Notes under the pieces: generated by a model
The model's input: only the letters and a program-made list of their open reading frames with translations
What the model was told of the DNA's origin: nothing
Database searches by the model: none
In this document: piece by piece, positions 48,448-58,535 of the stretch
Layout: each line of letters begins with the position of its first letter
How positions within the stretch are numbered: position 1 is the first letter of the stretch
Made by a program: the position numbers and the translations under genes
Assembly (NCBI GenBank): GCA_965204745.1
Contig: OZ242010.1
Coordinates: 768,001-832,000 of the forward strand
Length of the DNA stretch: 64,000 nucleotides
Direction: 5' to 3'
From: Candidatus Latescibacterota bacterium
GTDB lineage: Bacteria > Latescibacterota > UBA2968

Positions 48448-49557
48448 TTAGGTGCTCAAGTTCAGATAGTAGATCTTCTCGGAAACTTCCGCCCAGCCGT
48501 TCACTTTTTGGCGAAACGCATCGAATGAGGCGAATGCTTTTTTCGACATTGCATCGGATGCGGCGACCTCATCGACGACTTCTTCTGCGTATTGCCGAAG
48601 CGTTTTGAGCACTTCGCCCGGGAATCGCTTCAATGCGACATGGTGATCTTTTGTCAGCGTTTGCAGATACGCATTGTTCTTTGCCTCGAATTCCGAGAGC
48701 ACCCACGCATTGGCGCGGACAGATGCGGCGCGCACGATCTCTCGCAGGTGGTTGGGCAGGCCCTCGTACGCGGCTTTGTTGATGAGCAGTTCCAACACAG
48801 TGCCCGGTTCGTGCCAGCCGGGATAATAATAGTATTTCGCGGCTTTGTAAAAACCCATCGTAAAATCGTGAAATGGGCCGATCCACTCGGTGGCGTCGAT
48901 CACGCCGCGTTCGAGATTGGTGAAGATCTCCGCGCCGGCCGAAAGCACGGCTGCCCCACCCGCTTTGGCGATCACTTTGCCCCCTAGGCCCGGCATTCGC
49001 ATCTTGAGCCCGTGAAAATCGCTCATCGCGTTGATCTCGCGGTTGAACCACCCGCCCATCTGCACGCCGGTGTTGCCAGCGGGCATCGGGATCAGATTGA
49101 ACGGCGCGTAGAGTTCTTCCCACAAGGCCAAGCCCCCGCCGCTGGTGATCCACGCATTCATCTGTTGCGCGTTCATGCCAAAGGGCACAGAGGCGAAAAA
49201 CTGCGTTGCCCGCGCTTTGCCGGCCCAGTAATACGCGGCGCCGTGGCACATTTCTGCGGTGCCCGCGCTGACCGCGTCAAATCCCTCTAACGGTGGGATC
49301 AACTCGCCGCCGCCATAGACCTGTATTTTGAGTTGGTCGCCGGACATTTCTTCCGTCCATTTGGCGATGTGATTGGCCGCTTCGCCCAGAATGGGGTAAT
49401 TCGGGGGCCAGGTCGTCACCATTTTCCACGCATGTTGTTTGCGCGTTTGCACAGCAGGGGCGCGCGTCTCTTGGGGAGATGCACATCCTGCCAACAATGC
49501 CGCGCCGCCGGCAAGCCCGGCTTTTTTGATGAACTCACGACGTTTCACTCGTTCCAC
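48448..49557 (-). CDS. TRAP substrate-binding protein (TakP/DctP-like, Tat lipoprotein)
   Basis: KRREFI Tat motif, WKMVTTWP, GNTGVQMGGWF, YYYPGWHEPG. Confidence 0.9.
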   Translation of the reverse strand: MERVKRREFIKKAGLAGGAALLAGCASPQETRAPAVQTRKQHAWKMVTTWPPNYPILGEAANHIAKWTEEMSGDQLKIQVYGGGELIPPLEGFDAVSAGTAEMCHGAAYYWAGKARATQFFASVPFGMNAQQMNAWITSGGGLALWEELYAPFNLIPMPAGNTGVQMGGWFNREINAMSDFHGLKMRMPGLGGKVIAKAGGAAVLSAGAEIFTNLERGVIDATEWIGPFHDFTMGFYKAAKYYYYPGWHEPGTVLELLINKAAYEGLPNHLREIVRAASVRANAWVLSEFEAKNNAYLQTLTKDHHVALKRFPGEVLKTLRQYAEEVVDEVAASDAMSKKAFASFDAFRQKVNGWAEVSEKIYYLNLST

Positions 49558-49812
49558 AAAGACCTCCAAATTGAAAACAGTGCGATAGACGAAACGGGGT
49601 ACACGGGTCGCTTCGCCGTTAGGTGCAAGGAATGGTAGTCAGTGGTCAGTCCCCGCCCGCTCCCCACCGCTATGTTCGTTAGAATTAGTCAACTGACAAC
49701 TGACTATGGTGTTCTAAAACAAACAAAGTCAAAAAAAATTGAACCTTTGGACAGTGGCGGGTGTATGCAATAGGTGAAAACGCACGGCAAATTACATGAC
49801 AGTTGGCTTTTT

Positions 49813-50397
49813 ATGCGCCTTAACTACCACACGCTCAGCGATGAAAAACTCATGGCCCGCATCCAGCGGGGCGATACCGCGGCATTTGACGAACTCTATG
49901 CCCGCTACGGCAAGCGGTTGCTCTACTATTTTCATCGCATGCTCGGCGGCGACGAGGAGAAAGCGCAGGATTTTCTTCAGGATTTGTTCCTCAAAATTGT
50001 CGAGAAGCCCGCTCGGTTTAAGCGGGGCCATGCCTTTGTCAGTTGGCTTTACACGGTTGCCCACAATATGTGCAAAAACGAGTACCGCAAACAGAGCGTT
50101 CGCCAAGTCGTGTACAACGACCCGGATATCGACATGCATTGCGCCCGGTTTGATGGGGTTCATCCCATTGAAAAGGCATGCGATGAACGGGCATTTTTGC
50201 ACGCGCTGATGGACGAGTTGGACGAGCTCAGCGTGGATCAGCGCACCACCTTTTTGTTGCGGCATCAGGAAAATTGCAGCATTCGAGAGATCGGTCAGAT
50301 TCTCAACTGCTCTGAAGGCACGATCAAATCGAGGCTTCACCACATTACGCGAAAACTCGCAAGTAGGCTTCGGGCGAGAAACCCCCTGTGCGGATGA
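49813..50397 (+). CDS. ECF sigma factor
   Basis: AFDELYARY, AQDFLQDLF, SWLYTVAHN, EIGQILNCSEGTIKSRLH. Confidence 0.92.
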   Translation: MRLNYHTLSDEKLMARIQRGDTAAFDELYARYGKRLLYYFHRMLGGDEEKAQDFLQDLFLKIVEKPARFKRGHAFVSWLYTVAHNMCKNEYRKQSVRQVVYNDPDIDMHCARFDGVHPIEKACDERAFLHALMDELDELSVDQRTTFLLRHQENCSIREIGQILNCSEGTIKSRLHHITRKLASRLRARNPLCG

Positions 50398-50406
50398 GAG
50401 GTCATC

Positions 50407-50835
50407 ATGAAAAAAATTGTGACAACGCCATTTAAGGCAGAACAACAGGTCGATGAACGGGTTTTGCGCCACGCGCTCGCGGTTCCCGAGGTCGGCGGTC
50501 TCGAACCGGATCCGGCGATTCGCAATGGCATTGTCGCCCGCATGGCCAGGAGAAAACGCCGCGGATTCAACGCATGGATTGCCCAGTTGTTTCCCGTGCG
50601 CCGCTTGTCCGTGTATCGAGCCGCATTTGCGATGGGCATCGCGTTGCTCGCGGTGTTGAGCATCCACAAGACACAGCCCAATACGGCGCCTGATCGATCT
50701 CCCGAATCCCCAATCGCCGCTGTCGATACGAGCCAAACCCAACGCGATACCCCCCGCGCTTCATCTACGGATACGCTCGCGCAATACCCGGTCAGCAATA
50801 TCTTCCGCGCTGTCAGTCCGGTGGATAGCCTTTGA
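50407..50835 (+). CDS. Putative anti-sigma single-TM protein
   Basis: Directly follows the ECF sigma gene; one TM segment. Confidence 0.55.
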   Translation: MKKIVTTPFKAEQQVDERVLRHALAVPEVGGLEPDPAIRNGIVARMARRKRRGFNAWIAQLFPVRRLSVYRAAFAMGIALLAVLSIHKTQPNTAPDRSPESPIAAVDTSQTQRDTPRASSTDTLAQYPVSNIFRAVSPVDSL

Positions 50836-50882
50836 TTTCGCTGACCTCCCTTGACAAGTATAACCCGATATGGTTAGATTAA

Positions 50883-51077
50883 ATGGGCAGAATCAGACGG
50901 GGAAATTTCATTTTTTTATTTTGGGTGGGCGATCATCCCCCGCGACATGTTCATGTTTATCGGTCGGGGAAGTTGGTCGTCAAATGGGATCTGGAAAACA
51001 ATAGGGCGATGCAGGGGAAATCGACACGTCAAATTTTGAAATACATACGAGAATTACAAGACGAGGGGGCACTGTGA
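50883..51077 (+). CDS. DUF4160-like small toxin
   Basis: GDHPPRHVHV motif. Confidence 0.75.
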   Translation: MGRIRRGNFIFLFWVGDHPPRHVHVYRSGKLVVKWDLENNRAMQGKSTRQILKYIRELQDEGAL

Positions 51078-51541
51078 AAATTCAAAAGGTCATGCCGAAT
51101 AACCGAGAACGGGTATTTGAAGTTCGCACGCCCCAAAATACCTATTCGTTCCCTTATGCGGTTGTGCGACCAACACCGTGCAAAGGGTGTCGGGTCGTCG
51201 AGGTTTATGTGGATCGCGAGTTGGACAACGAAGGTTTTGTCTATGTTCTCGAATCCGGAGATGAGGGCACGGTTCACATCGATCATGTGCTTGAATACAA
51301 TTGCGACCCCCGGTACATGGCAGATATATTTTTGTATAAGTTGACCTGCCAAGTTCGGGAAGCGGTCGAGCGGTCGCCATTGAGCACCCGCGAGATCATC
51401 CGGCAACTTGGCATATCGCGGGCGCAATACGACCGGTTGCTCGACCAGACCAATTATCGCAAATCCGTGCGGCAGTTGCTCATTTTGCTTCACATTGTCA
51501 AATGCGAAGTCGAATTTGTCACCAAAGAATCCCTCGTGTGA
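51074..51541 (+). CDS. Putative antitoxin with C-terminal HTH
   Basis: GTGA overlap with the toxin gene; STREIIRQLGISRAQYDRLL HTH. Confidence 0.7.
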   Translation: MKIQKVMPNNRERVFEVRTPQNTYSFPYAVVRPTPCKGCRVVEVYVDRELDNEGFVYVLESGDEGTVHIDHVLEYNCDPRYMADIFLYKLTCQVREAVERSPLSTREIIRQLGISRAQYDRLLDQTNYRKSVRQLLILLHIVKCEVEFVTKESLV

Positions 51542-51873
51542 TCGTCTCTTTTGGCGCGTCCTTGTAGCCAACTCTCTAATTCCTGACATACGATTCGCAC
51601 ATGAAAAGGCTTGTGGCCTTTGTTCGCTATGTTACACAATTTTCGCTTGAGTACAAAACAATCCCCGCCATCGTTATCTCTCAAGATAACAAAGTGCGGG
51701 TTTCCGTAGTGCCATCCCCTCATTTTCTTAGGGATTGACTTTTCCAGATCGCTTTTGCCCTGAAACGATAAAACCATCCAATCTACTCCCTCCACAGAAT
51801 TGGGCCACAACTTTGGAATGATGACCTTTAAGCATTCCCTCATGGACTCTTCTTCGGTGAGAAGCACGATCAT
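51490..51873 (-). pseudogene. DUF4276-like protein, apparently 3'-truncated
   Basis: LTEEESM, FQGKSDL, LRDND, RIVCQELESW, then an abrupt loss of family-like sequence and read-through into the opposite gene. Confidence 0.6.
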
Positions 51874-53075
51874 CTCTTTGCTCTTTCTCTGAATCCTGCG
51901 AGCATGCCCTGTTCCCACAAATAGCCCGCCTTGTCCCCCGCCTCGAGCTGACCGCTAACGAGCGGATCCGCAGAAAAGGGCATAATTTCCGACACGCCTT
52001 CGGCTTTTTCAATCAAGAACAAACTCTCTAGCGGTATGGCATTTAGAAATTGCGGCGAGTGCGTGGAGGCGAAAACCTGCCCGCCTCGGTGGGCGTATTC
52101 CATAAATTCTTCCGCGAGGATAGTCATGAGCTCTGGATACAACTGATTTTCAGGTTCCTCAACACAGAGAATTTTGTGCGGTTTGGGGTCGTGCAACAAC
52201 AGCAAATAGGCAAACATTTTTATCGTGCCATCGGAAACGTTGAAATCCAAAAAGGGGTCTTTGAAAGTGCTGTCGGCGTAGCGAATGAGCAAACTTCCGT
52301 CTTCGCTGGTTTTGGCTTCGACGTTGGATACACCGGGCACTCTTTCGCTCATTTTGTTTAACACCGCGGCAAAAATATCGGGATGTTCTTCTTTGAGATG
52401 AAAGGCGACCGAAGGCAGATTGTCGCCCGAACTGGAAAGATGAGAGCTCGGCTCGGGATTTTTCTTTCCGCGGGCGTCGTCGATGTGGAAGTCCGAAATA
52501 TGCCAATTTTCTATCAATTCTCGAAAAGCGTTCGCGGCCTTGAAGCGCTGTAGTTGCCCCAAACTGCTAATAGCCAATACGTCAGGCATAACCGCCTGTT
52601 CTTCTCTGGTGAGTTCGATATCTGGTTTATTGAAATCTTCTTCGTTGCTGACAGCGTTGCCTCTGCCGCGAGAAAAATCAATAAAGTGAAAGGGGGCACC
52701 ATAGCTAGAACGCTTGTAGCGCAGTATTTCTCGACGCACCAGCGGTTTCCCGTTTTCCAAGCCTATTTCTAGCCGATAGGTCACTAGGCGTTCTCTTTCC
52801 GCTATGGTCAAGCGAAATTTGAGTTCTATGACGATGCTTTCAGACAGACCGACGCCACGGGTGATCACTTCCTTAAATCCGTTGAAACCACCTTCGTTTT
52901 GCAAGGCGATTCGGACGTTCTGTGATAAACAGGTCTTCAAAAATGAAAAGACGCGAAACAAGGTGGTTTTGCCGACCCCGTTCTTGCCGACAAACACCGC
53001 CACTGGAGGCAGTCCCTTCAGGCTAATGTTCTTGAATGCCTTAAAATTTTGGATGTGGATTTCTCTTATGACCAT
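51870..53075 (-). CDS. AAA_21/AbiEii-like ABC ATPase
   Basis: IQNFKAF, GKNGVGKTT, VSDGT, VEEPEN, STHSP. Confidence 0.88.
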   Translation of the reverse strand: MVIREIHIQNFKAFKNISLKGLPPVAVFVGKNGVGKTTLFRVFSFLKTCLSQNVRIALQNEGGFNGFKEVITRGVGLSESIVIELKFRLTIAERERLVTYRLEIGLENGKPLVRREILRYKRSSYGAPFHFIDFSRGRGNAVSNEEDFNKPDIELTREEQAVMPDVLAISSLGQLQRFKAANAFRELIENWHISDFHIDDARGKKNPEPSSHLSSSGDNLPSVAFHLKEEHPDIFAAVLNKMSERVPGVSNVEAKTSEDGSLLIRYADSTFKDPFLDFNVSDGTIKMFAYLLLLHDPKPHKILCVEEPENQLYPELMTILAEEFMEYAHRGGQVFASTHSPQFLNAIPLESLFLIEKAEGVSEIMPFSADPLVSGQLEAGDKAGYLWEQGMLAGFRERAKR

Positions 53076-53287
53076 AGCCGAATACTCCTGCGGAAACCAG
53101 AGAGAACGCTGTTTAGATAAGAGGGGTAGGTGATCTTGTCAAGCGCGATAGATGACTTGCAATGTAGCGAGTGTATAAACAGAATATTGGGTTGATTACC
53201 CACGCAAACCTTCCTTGTCGTGGGTTTTATTTTGCTTTATTTTGCGCGCTCATGGTAAGGAATTTGTCGCGCAGTTGAAACGTCTTT

Positions 53288-53779
53288 TTGGTTATGGATA
53301 TCCATCCCCTCATCGCCCATTTTCCCATTGTGTTGCTGATTGTCGGCGTTGTGTGTGATGTCGTCGGCATGGTCACGCGGCGCGATTTTTTTTCGCAGAT
53401 GGGCTATTTGCTCTTTTCACTCGGGGCGTTGAGTGCGATTCCGGTCGCGCTTACAGGAGAGCAGGCGGGTGAAGTCGCGCAGCATATCGACTCTATTGCC
53501 GCGGATTTGGATGACCACGATAGGTTTGGGACAGGGGCCACGTTTCTCGCGGTTGTGCTGGCGCTGGTACGCACGCATTTTACGGTAAAAAAACGATTTG
53601 TCGGCATGATTCGCTATGTGTATCTCGCGGTTGCCCTAATCGCGGCGGGCCTCATCGCGGCGGCCGGATACACGGGGGGACATCTGGTTTATCACTACGG
53701 CGCGGGTACGCGCCCGGTGAAGTCGCAGATCGAGGTGGAAAAGCGCGTTCCGCCAAGCGATACATCTGAAGGTCAATAA
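53288..53779 (+). CDS. DUF2231 membrane protein
   Basis: HPLIAHFPI, TG, GYTGGHLVY. Confidence 0.8.
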   Translation: MVMDIHPLIAHFPIVLLIVGVVCDVVGMVTRRDFFSQMGYLLFSLGALSAIPVALTGEQAGEVAQHIDSIAADLDDHDRFGTGATFLAVVLALVRTHFTVKKRFVGMIRYVYLAVALIAAGLIAAAGYTGGHLVYHYGAGTRPVKSQIEVEKRVPPSDTSEGQ

Positions 53780-53782
53780 GAT

Positions 53783-54502
53783 ATGCCCATTTACCTTAAA
53801 AATCCGCATAGCATTCTCGCGGTGCTACAGAAGCGACCGGGGGATGTGATCGAGATTCGGTTGCCATCCACACGCGCCGGGGATGCGTGGAGAGCCGTGC
53901 GGGAACGGGCAGAAGCTATCGGGGCGCGGTTGCGGTACGGCCAAGGGGCCTCGCGGCACAATCGGTCGCACAGCGGACGCCTGGGAGAGGCCGCGGTCAA
54001 AGCGCGCCCCGGTTGCACCCTCGGCGAGTTGTTCGCCCATGGCACAGGCGTGTATGTGGCCCTGGACACGGTTCGAGATCCGCAAAACCTGGGCGCGGTT
54101 TTTCGCACGGCGGCCTTTTTTGGGGTTCGCGGCATTTTGCTCACCCGAAACCGGTCCGCGCCGCTGACGCCCGCGGCTTATGACGTGGCTTCGGGGGGAA
54201 TGGAATACGTCCCGTTTTCGATTCAGACCAATCTCGGTCGCGCCTTGGATGTTGCCAAAGACGCGGGGCTTTGGATACTCGGCACTGCGGAGGACGCGCC
54301 AGACGATTTGACCACCATTTCGGCGGACCGCGCGTGGGTACTCGTGTTCGGCAATGAGGAGACCGGCATGCGCCGCCTCACTCGGGACAAATGCGACGCG
54401 GTTTGCCGCATCGCGCCGCGCGGGGCCATCGCGTCTTTGAACGTGTCGGCTGCGGCTGCGATTTGCATTCACCATCTCACACGAGGAGTTTTCAATGGCT
54501 GA
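53783..54502 (+). CDS. TrmH/SpoU-family RNA methyltransferase (RlmB-like)
   Basis: DPQNLGAVFRTA, FGNEETG, SLNVS. Confidence 0.9.
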   Translation: MPIYLKNPHSILAVLQKRPGDVIEIRLPSTRAGDAWRAVRERAEAIGARLRYGQGASRHNRSHSGRLGEAAVKARPGCTLGELFAHGTGVYVALDTVRDPQNLGAVFRTAAFFGVRGILLTRNRSAPLTPAAYDVASGGMEYVPFSIQTNLGRALDVAKDAGLWILGTAEDAPDDLTTISADRAWVLVFGNEETGMRRLTRDKCDAVCRIAPRGAIASLNVSAAAAICIHHLTRGVFNG

Positions 54503-55913
54503 TAACAGGCCGAATATTTTGCTCGTTATGACCGACCAGCAACGCGGGGATTGCTTGGGCATCGAGGATCATCCCGTGTTGCAAACGCCCAATCTCGATT
54601 ACATGGCCGCGTCTGGCGTGCGCTTTCGCCATGCGTATTCGGCGTGCCCGGTGTGTGTGCCCGCACGGCGCACGGTGATCACGGGGCGCAAACCGAGCAA
54701 CCACGGCGCGCTTCAAAATGCGTCGGCGCCGCTTCCGTGGCCGACTTTGCCGGGGGTGTTGCGCGACGCGGGGTATCGCACGCATCTCGCGGGCAAGGCG
54801 CACTGGGGGCCGGCGGCGACCGAACTCGGGTTTGACACCGCGGAATGGGCGGACAGCCCGATCTCGGGCGTCGATAATGATTATCAAAGGTACGTGCGGG
54901 AAAACGGCGCGCCGTGGCACCGCGCTTCCGATGCCCACGGCATGCCCAGCAATGGATTTCCAGGACGGCCGTGGCACTTGGACGAACATCTGCATTTTAC
55001 CAACTGGTGCGTGCAAAAAGGGCTCGAGTTTATCGACGCGCAACCCAGGGACCAACCGTGGTTTCTCGCGGTGAATTTTATCCACCCGCACCAACCCGTC
55101 ACCCCGCCAGCGCATTACTTCGACAAGTATATGGCGATGGATTTGCCCGAGCCTTATGTGGGCGATTGGGCGCGCGTTTTCTATGGCCCCGTGCGCGGGT
55201 TGCAACCCGAGTGCTGGCGGTTGTGCCTGGATCCGCCGGTGATGAAAGCCACGCGCGCGGGGTATTACGGCTGCATTGAACACATCGACCACCAGATCGC
55301 TCGGTTGGTGAGCAATCGCGTGTTGCCCCAAAATACGATTGTGGTTTTCGCGTCTGACCACGGGGAGATGCTCGGCGACCACCAGTGGCTTCGCAAGCGC
55401 AATCCCTTCGAGCCATCTGCCCGCGTGCCCCTGCTGATGAAGTTTCCCAATCACTTGGGCCTGCCCCAAGCGCGGGTGATCGACCGCCCCGTTGAACTGA
55501 TGGACATTATGCCCACCTTGCTCGACGCGGTCGGCGTTCCGATTCCCGATACAGTGGATGGGCAGAGCGCGTTGCCCATTATCCGCGACCCGCAAGCCGA
55601 ATGGCGCGAGTATGTCCACGGCGAATGCGCCAATGTGCCCACGTCGGACAGCGGCATGCAATACCTGACGGATGGCAACCGCAAATACATCTGGTTGCCG
55701 GGGCAGGGGCGCGAACTCTTTTTCGACGTCGAAAATGATCCCCGAGAAATGACGAATCTAGCTGGCGATCCCAAGTGGGCCGAGGAGATCGCACGGTGGC
55801 GATCCCGACTCATCTCTGAACTCGAGGGCCGGGCCGAGGGCTTTACGGACGGGGAACGCCTCATCACACAACCCGGCCCGACTGCGGCGACCCTGCCGGT
55901 TTGGGAGGAGTGA
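54495..55913 (+). CDS. Cys-type sulfatase
   Basis: PNILLVMTDQQR, CVPARR, GKAH, SDHGEMLGDH. Confidence 0.93.
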   Translation: MADNRPNILLVMTDQQRGDCLGIEDHPVLQTPNLDYMAASGVRFRHAYSACPVCVPARRTVITGRKPSNHGALQNASAPLPWPTLPGVLRDAGYRTHLAGKAHWGPAATELGFDTAEWADSPISGVDNDYQRYVRENGAPWHRASDAHGMPSNGFPGRPWHLDEHLHFTNWCVQKGLEFIDAQPRDQPWFLAVNFIHPHQPVTPPAHYFDKYMAMDLPEPYVGDWARVFYGPVRGLQPECWRLCLDPPVMKATRAGYYGCIEHIDHQIARLVSNRVLPQNTIVVFASDHGEMLGDHQWLRKRNPFEPSARVPLLMKFPNHLGLPQARVIDRPVELMDIMPTLLDAVGVPIPDTVDGQSALPIIRDPQAEWREYVHGECANVPTSDSGMQYLTDGNRKYIWLPGQGRELFFDVENDPREMTNLAGDPKWAEEIARWRSRLISELEGRAEGFTDGERLITQPGPTAATLPVWEE

Positions 55914-55959
55914 AGCGCGGGGATTGTATCGGGACCTACTCCCCTGGCTCCGTTATGTT

Positions 55960-56397
55960 ATACCAATTTGATTTTATATTATCCCTACATCACATCGGGG
56001 ATAAATTATGCGTTGCTTGCCTAAAGCGTTTGGTCCTAAAGCCTCGTTGGTTGCCTTTGATGCCTTCGGCGACTTACTTTTTTTCAACAGCAAAAAAAAG
56101 TAAGCGAGCGGGGTACAACTGCCCCAGCAGTTCAAAAATGCCGCTCTCAAACGCCGAGGGGCTTGCACAGCGCAAATCGCTTTTGTAATCGCACGACATA
56201 AGACAGCCTGCAAAGTGGGTTGCAAGAGGGTTGTTGGTTGCCAATGGACTTGCGCGCTGTGCGTGATGGCTTTAGCTGATGGGCTTTTGCGATGGCAGGG
56301 TCGCAATGACTTTTCTGAATGACTGTGCAACCACAAGGGGATTGATTGCTCTCAGCATACCGCATCACATTAGGACAACAGCAATTCAATTTGGTAT
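55960..56397. mobile_element. MITE-like non-coding element (copy A)
   Basis: Imperfect TIRs ATACCAATTTGA / TCAATTTGGTAT; homologous to 60633-61051. Confidence 0.75.
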
Positions 56398-57965
56398 CAC
56401 GCCATGACTCGCAGATCGTTGCCGGTCATGTCAGCGGGTTTGGGGAGGTTGAGGAGGGCGAGGAGGGTGGGGGCGACATCGCGCAAGGTGCCGCCTGCGC
56501 GCAACGTGCCCTTAAAGGTGGGATCGAATAGCACAAAGGGGACGGGGTTGGTGGTATGTGCGGTGTGGGGTTCGCCCGTGTGGTAGTGGATCATTTGTTC
56601 GGCATTGCCGTGATCGGCGGTGACAATGGCCGCGCCGTTTGCGTTTTCAATGGCTTTGAGCACGCGCCCAAGGCAGGTGTCAACCGCGGCGACGGCTTGT
56701 ACTGCGGCGTCGAGGATGCCGGTGTGCCCGACCATGTCGGGGTTGGCAAAGTTGCAGATCGCCGCGTGGAATCGGTTGGATGCGATGGCGTCTGTGAATC
56801 GGCGGGCGATTTCGGGCGCGCTCATTTCGGGTTTGTGATCGTACGTGGGCACGTCTTTGGGCGATGGGACGAGGATGCGTTCTTCGCCATCGAGGGGCGT
56901 TTCGTTTTGGCCGTTGAAGAAGAAGGTGACATGCGCGTATTTTTCGGTTTCTGCGATGCGAAGTTGCCGCATGGTTGCCCGTGCGATGACCTCGCCACAC
57001 AAATTGGGCATGTTTTGCGAGAGGGCTTCGGGCGGGTATGCAATGCCCGTGACGGGTACGCCGGCTTCGTATCGGGTCAGGGTGCGAAAATCGACTTTGG
57101 GTAGGACGCCGCGTTCAAAGCCATCGAAGTCTTGGAGGACAAATGCGCGGGTGATTTGCCGGGGCCTGTCCCCGCGAAAGTTGAAGCAGAGGACGCTGTC
57201 CCCGTCTTTGATGGTCGAGACGGGGTTGCCATTGTTGTCGGCGATGGCAATGGGTTTGATAAATTCGTCTGTTTCGCCCCGGTGGTAGGCGTTTTGGATG
57301 GCTGCGATAGGGTCGGTTTCGCGGATGCCTTTGCCCTGTGTGAGCAAGTCGTAGGCCAACTGGGTGCGTTCCCAGCGATGGTCGCGGTCCATGGCGTAAT
57401 ACCGGCCGCAGAGAGAGGCCACGCGACCGATGCCGTGGGTTTTGAACATGGCGAGCAATTCGCGCAAGCGGTGGATGCCGCTTTGGGGAGGCGTGTCGCG
57501 GCCATCTGTGAAAGCGTGGACGAAGACGCGATTGGCAGGGAGACCGCGGTCCCCTGCCATTTTGATTAGGCCCTCGTAGTGCCCAGGCCATGAATGCACG
57601 CCGCCATCGGAGACGAGGCCGATGAGGTGGAGGGCGCGCCCGCTGTTTTTGATGCGGTCCATCGCGGCGATGAGGGTTTCGTTTTTGAACAAACTGCCGT
57701 CGCGCACCCGGTCGTCTATTTGGGTCATGGCTTGCATGACCGTGCGCCCCGCCCCCAAGTTGAGATGCCCGACTTCGGAGTTGCCCATAAGGCCATCGGG
57801 CAAGCCCACATCGCGCCCGGAGGTGGTGAGGGTGGTGTGGGCGTAATTGGCCCACAAGCGGTCCATAGTTGGGGTTTTCGCAAGGGCCACGGCATTGTGG
57901 TCTTTGCGCGGGTTTAGGCCCCAGCCATCGAGGATGATGAGGGCGATAAAGCGTTGGTTGGACAT
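56397..57965 (-). CDS. gpmI: 2,3-bisphosphoglycerate-independent phosphoglycerate mutase
   Basis: ILDGWG, MGNSEVGH, DGRD, YYAMDRD, AETEKYAHVTFF, NPDMVGHTG, ADHGN. Confidence 0.97.
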   Translation of the reverse strand: MSNQRFIALIILDGWGLNPRKDHNAVALAKTPTMDRLWANYAHTTLTTSGRDVGLPDGLMGNSEVGHLNLGAGRTVMQAMTQIDDRVRDGSLFKNETLIAAMDRIKNSGRALHLIGLVSDGGVHSWPGHYEGLIKMAGDRGLPANRVFVHAFTDGRDTPPQSGIHRLRELLAMFKTHGIGRVASLCGRYYAMDRDHRWERTQLAYDLLTQGKGIRETDPIAAIQNAYHRGETDEFIKPIAIADNNGNPVSTIKDGDSVLCFNFRGDRPRQITRAFVLQDFDGFERGVLPKVDFRTLTRYEAGVPVTGIAYPPEALSQNMPNLCGEVIARATMRQLRIAETEKYAHVTFFFNGQNETPLDGEERILVPSPKDVPTYDHKPEMSAPEIARRFTDAIASNRFHAAICNFANPDMVGHTGILDAAVQAVAAVDTCLGRVLKAIENANGAAIVTADHGNAEQMIHYHTGEPHTAHTTNPVPFVLFDPTFKGTLRAGGTLRDVAPTLLALLNLPKPADMTGNDLRVMA

Positions 57966-58145
57966 GGTCAGTGGTCAGTGGTCAGTGGTCAGTGGTCAGT
58001 TCCCACCCCGCCTAACCCCCTGCGGTGAGACGTAAAACGGGAGAGGTGAGGTAGCACTGCCCAAGTAGTCAGTGGTCAGTCCGTCCCCATCACCCGTAGG
58101 GACAGGCCCCTGTGCCTGTCCTCAGTCAGTGGTCAGTGGTTATTG
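57965..58145 (+). repeat. Composite repeat cluster: (GTGGTCA)n, GAGAC heptamers and a GTAG REP
   Basis: Read directly. Confidence 0.8.
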
Positions 58146-58208
58146 CCATAGCAGTCGATGAAGACTGAAATACACAATGTCCCGCGTGTCATTCATCGGG
58201 GAATCGCG

Positions 58209-58535
58209 TTAGGCCTCCGCATCCAACACGCGCTGAAAGGCCTCGAGATCATCCCCCTGCACCGCCGAGCGAAGCAACTGCTTGAGCCGTTGCAAATCGT
58301 CGATGGCCGCAATGCGAGCGGCGAACTGACCGGCAACGGCCGGATCAAAGCGAATCTCCAACACGTCGAGGAGGTCTTCAACCGCTCGTTCTCTGACTCC
58401 TCGCTCAATGCCCTGCTCAATGCCCTGCTCAATGCCCTGCTCAATGCCCTGCTCAATGCCCTGCTCAATGAACTGTTCCTTGAACTGTTCCTTGAGGTAT
58501 TGGGCAAACGATGACTCACGCATAATCGCGTCCAT
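58209..58535 (-). CDS. Predicted nested in-frame small protein (RpnS-like), 108 aa
   Basis: Internal AGGAGG-GTCTT-ATG. Confidence 0.6.
   Translation of the reverse strand: MDAIMRESSFAQYLKEQFKEQFIEQGIEQGIEQGIEQGIEQGIERGVRERAVEDLLDVLEIRFDPAVAGQFAARIAAIDDLQRLKQLLRSAVQGDDLEAFQRVLDAEA

Noticed and set aside
55901-56389. Short ORFs within the MITE-like elements (also 60679-61079)
   Set aside because: Starts, stops and lengths are not conserved between the two copies
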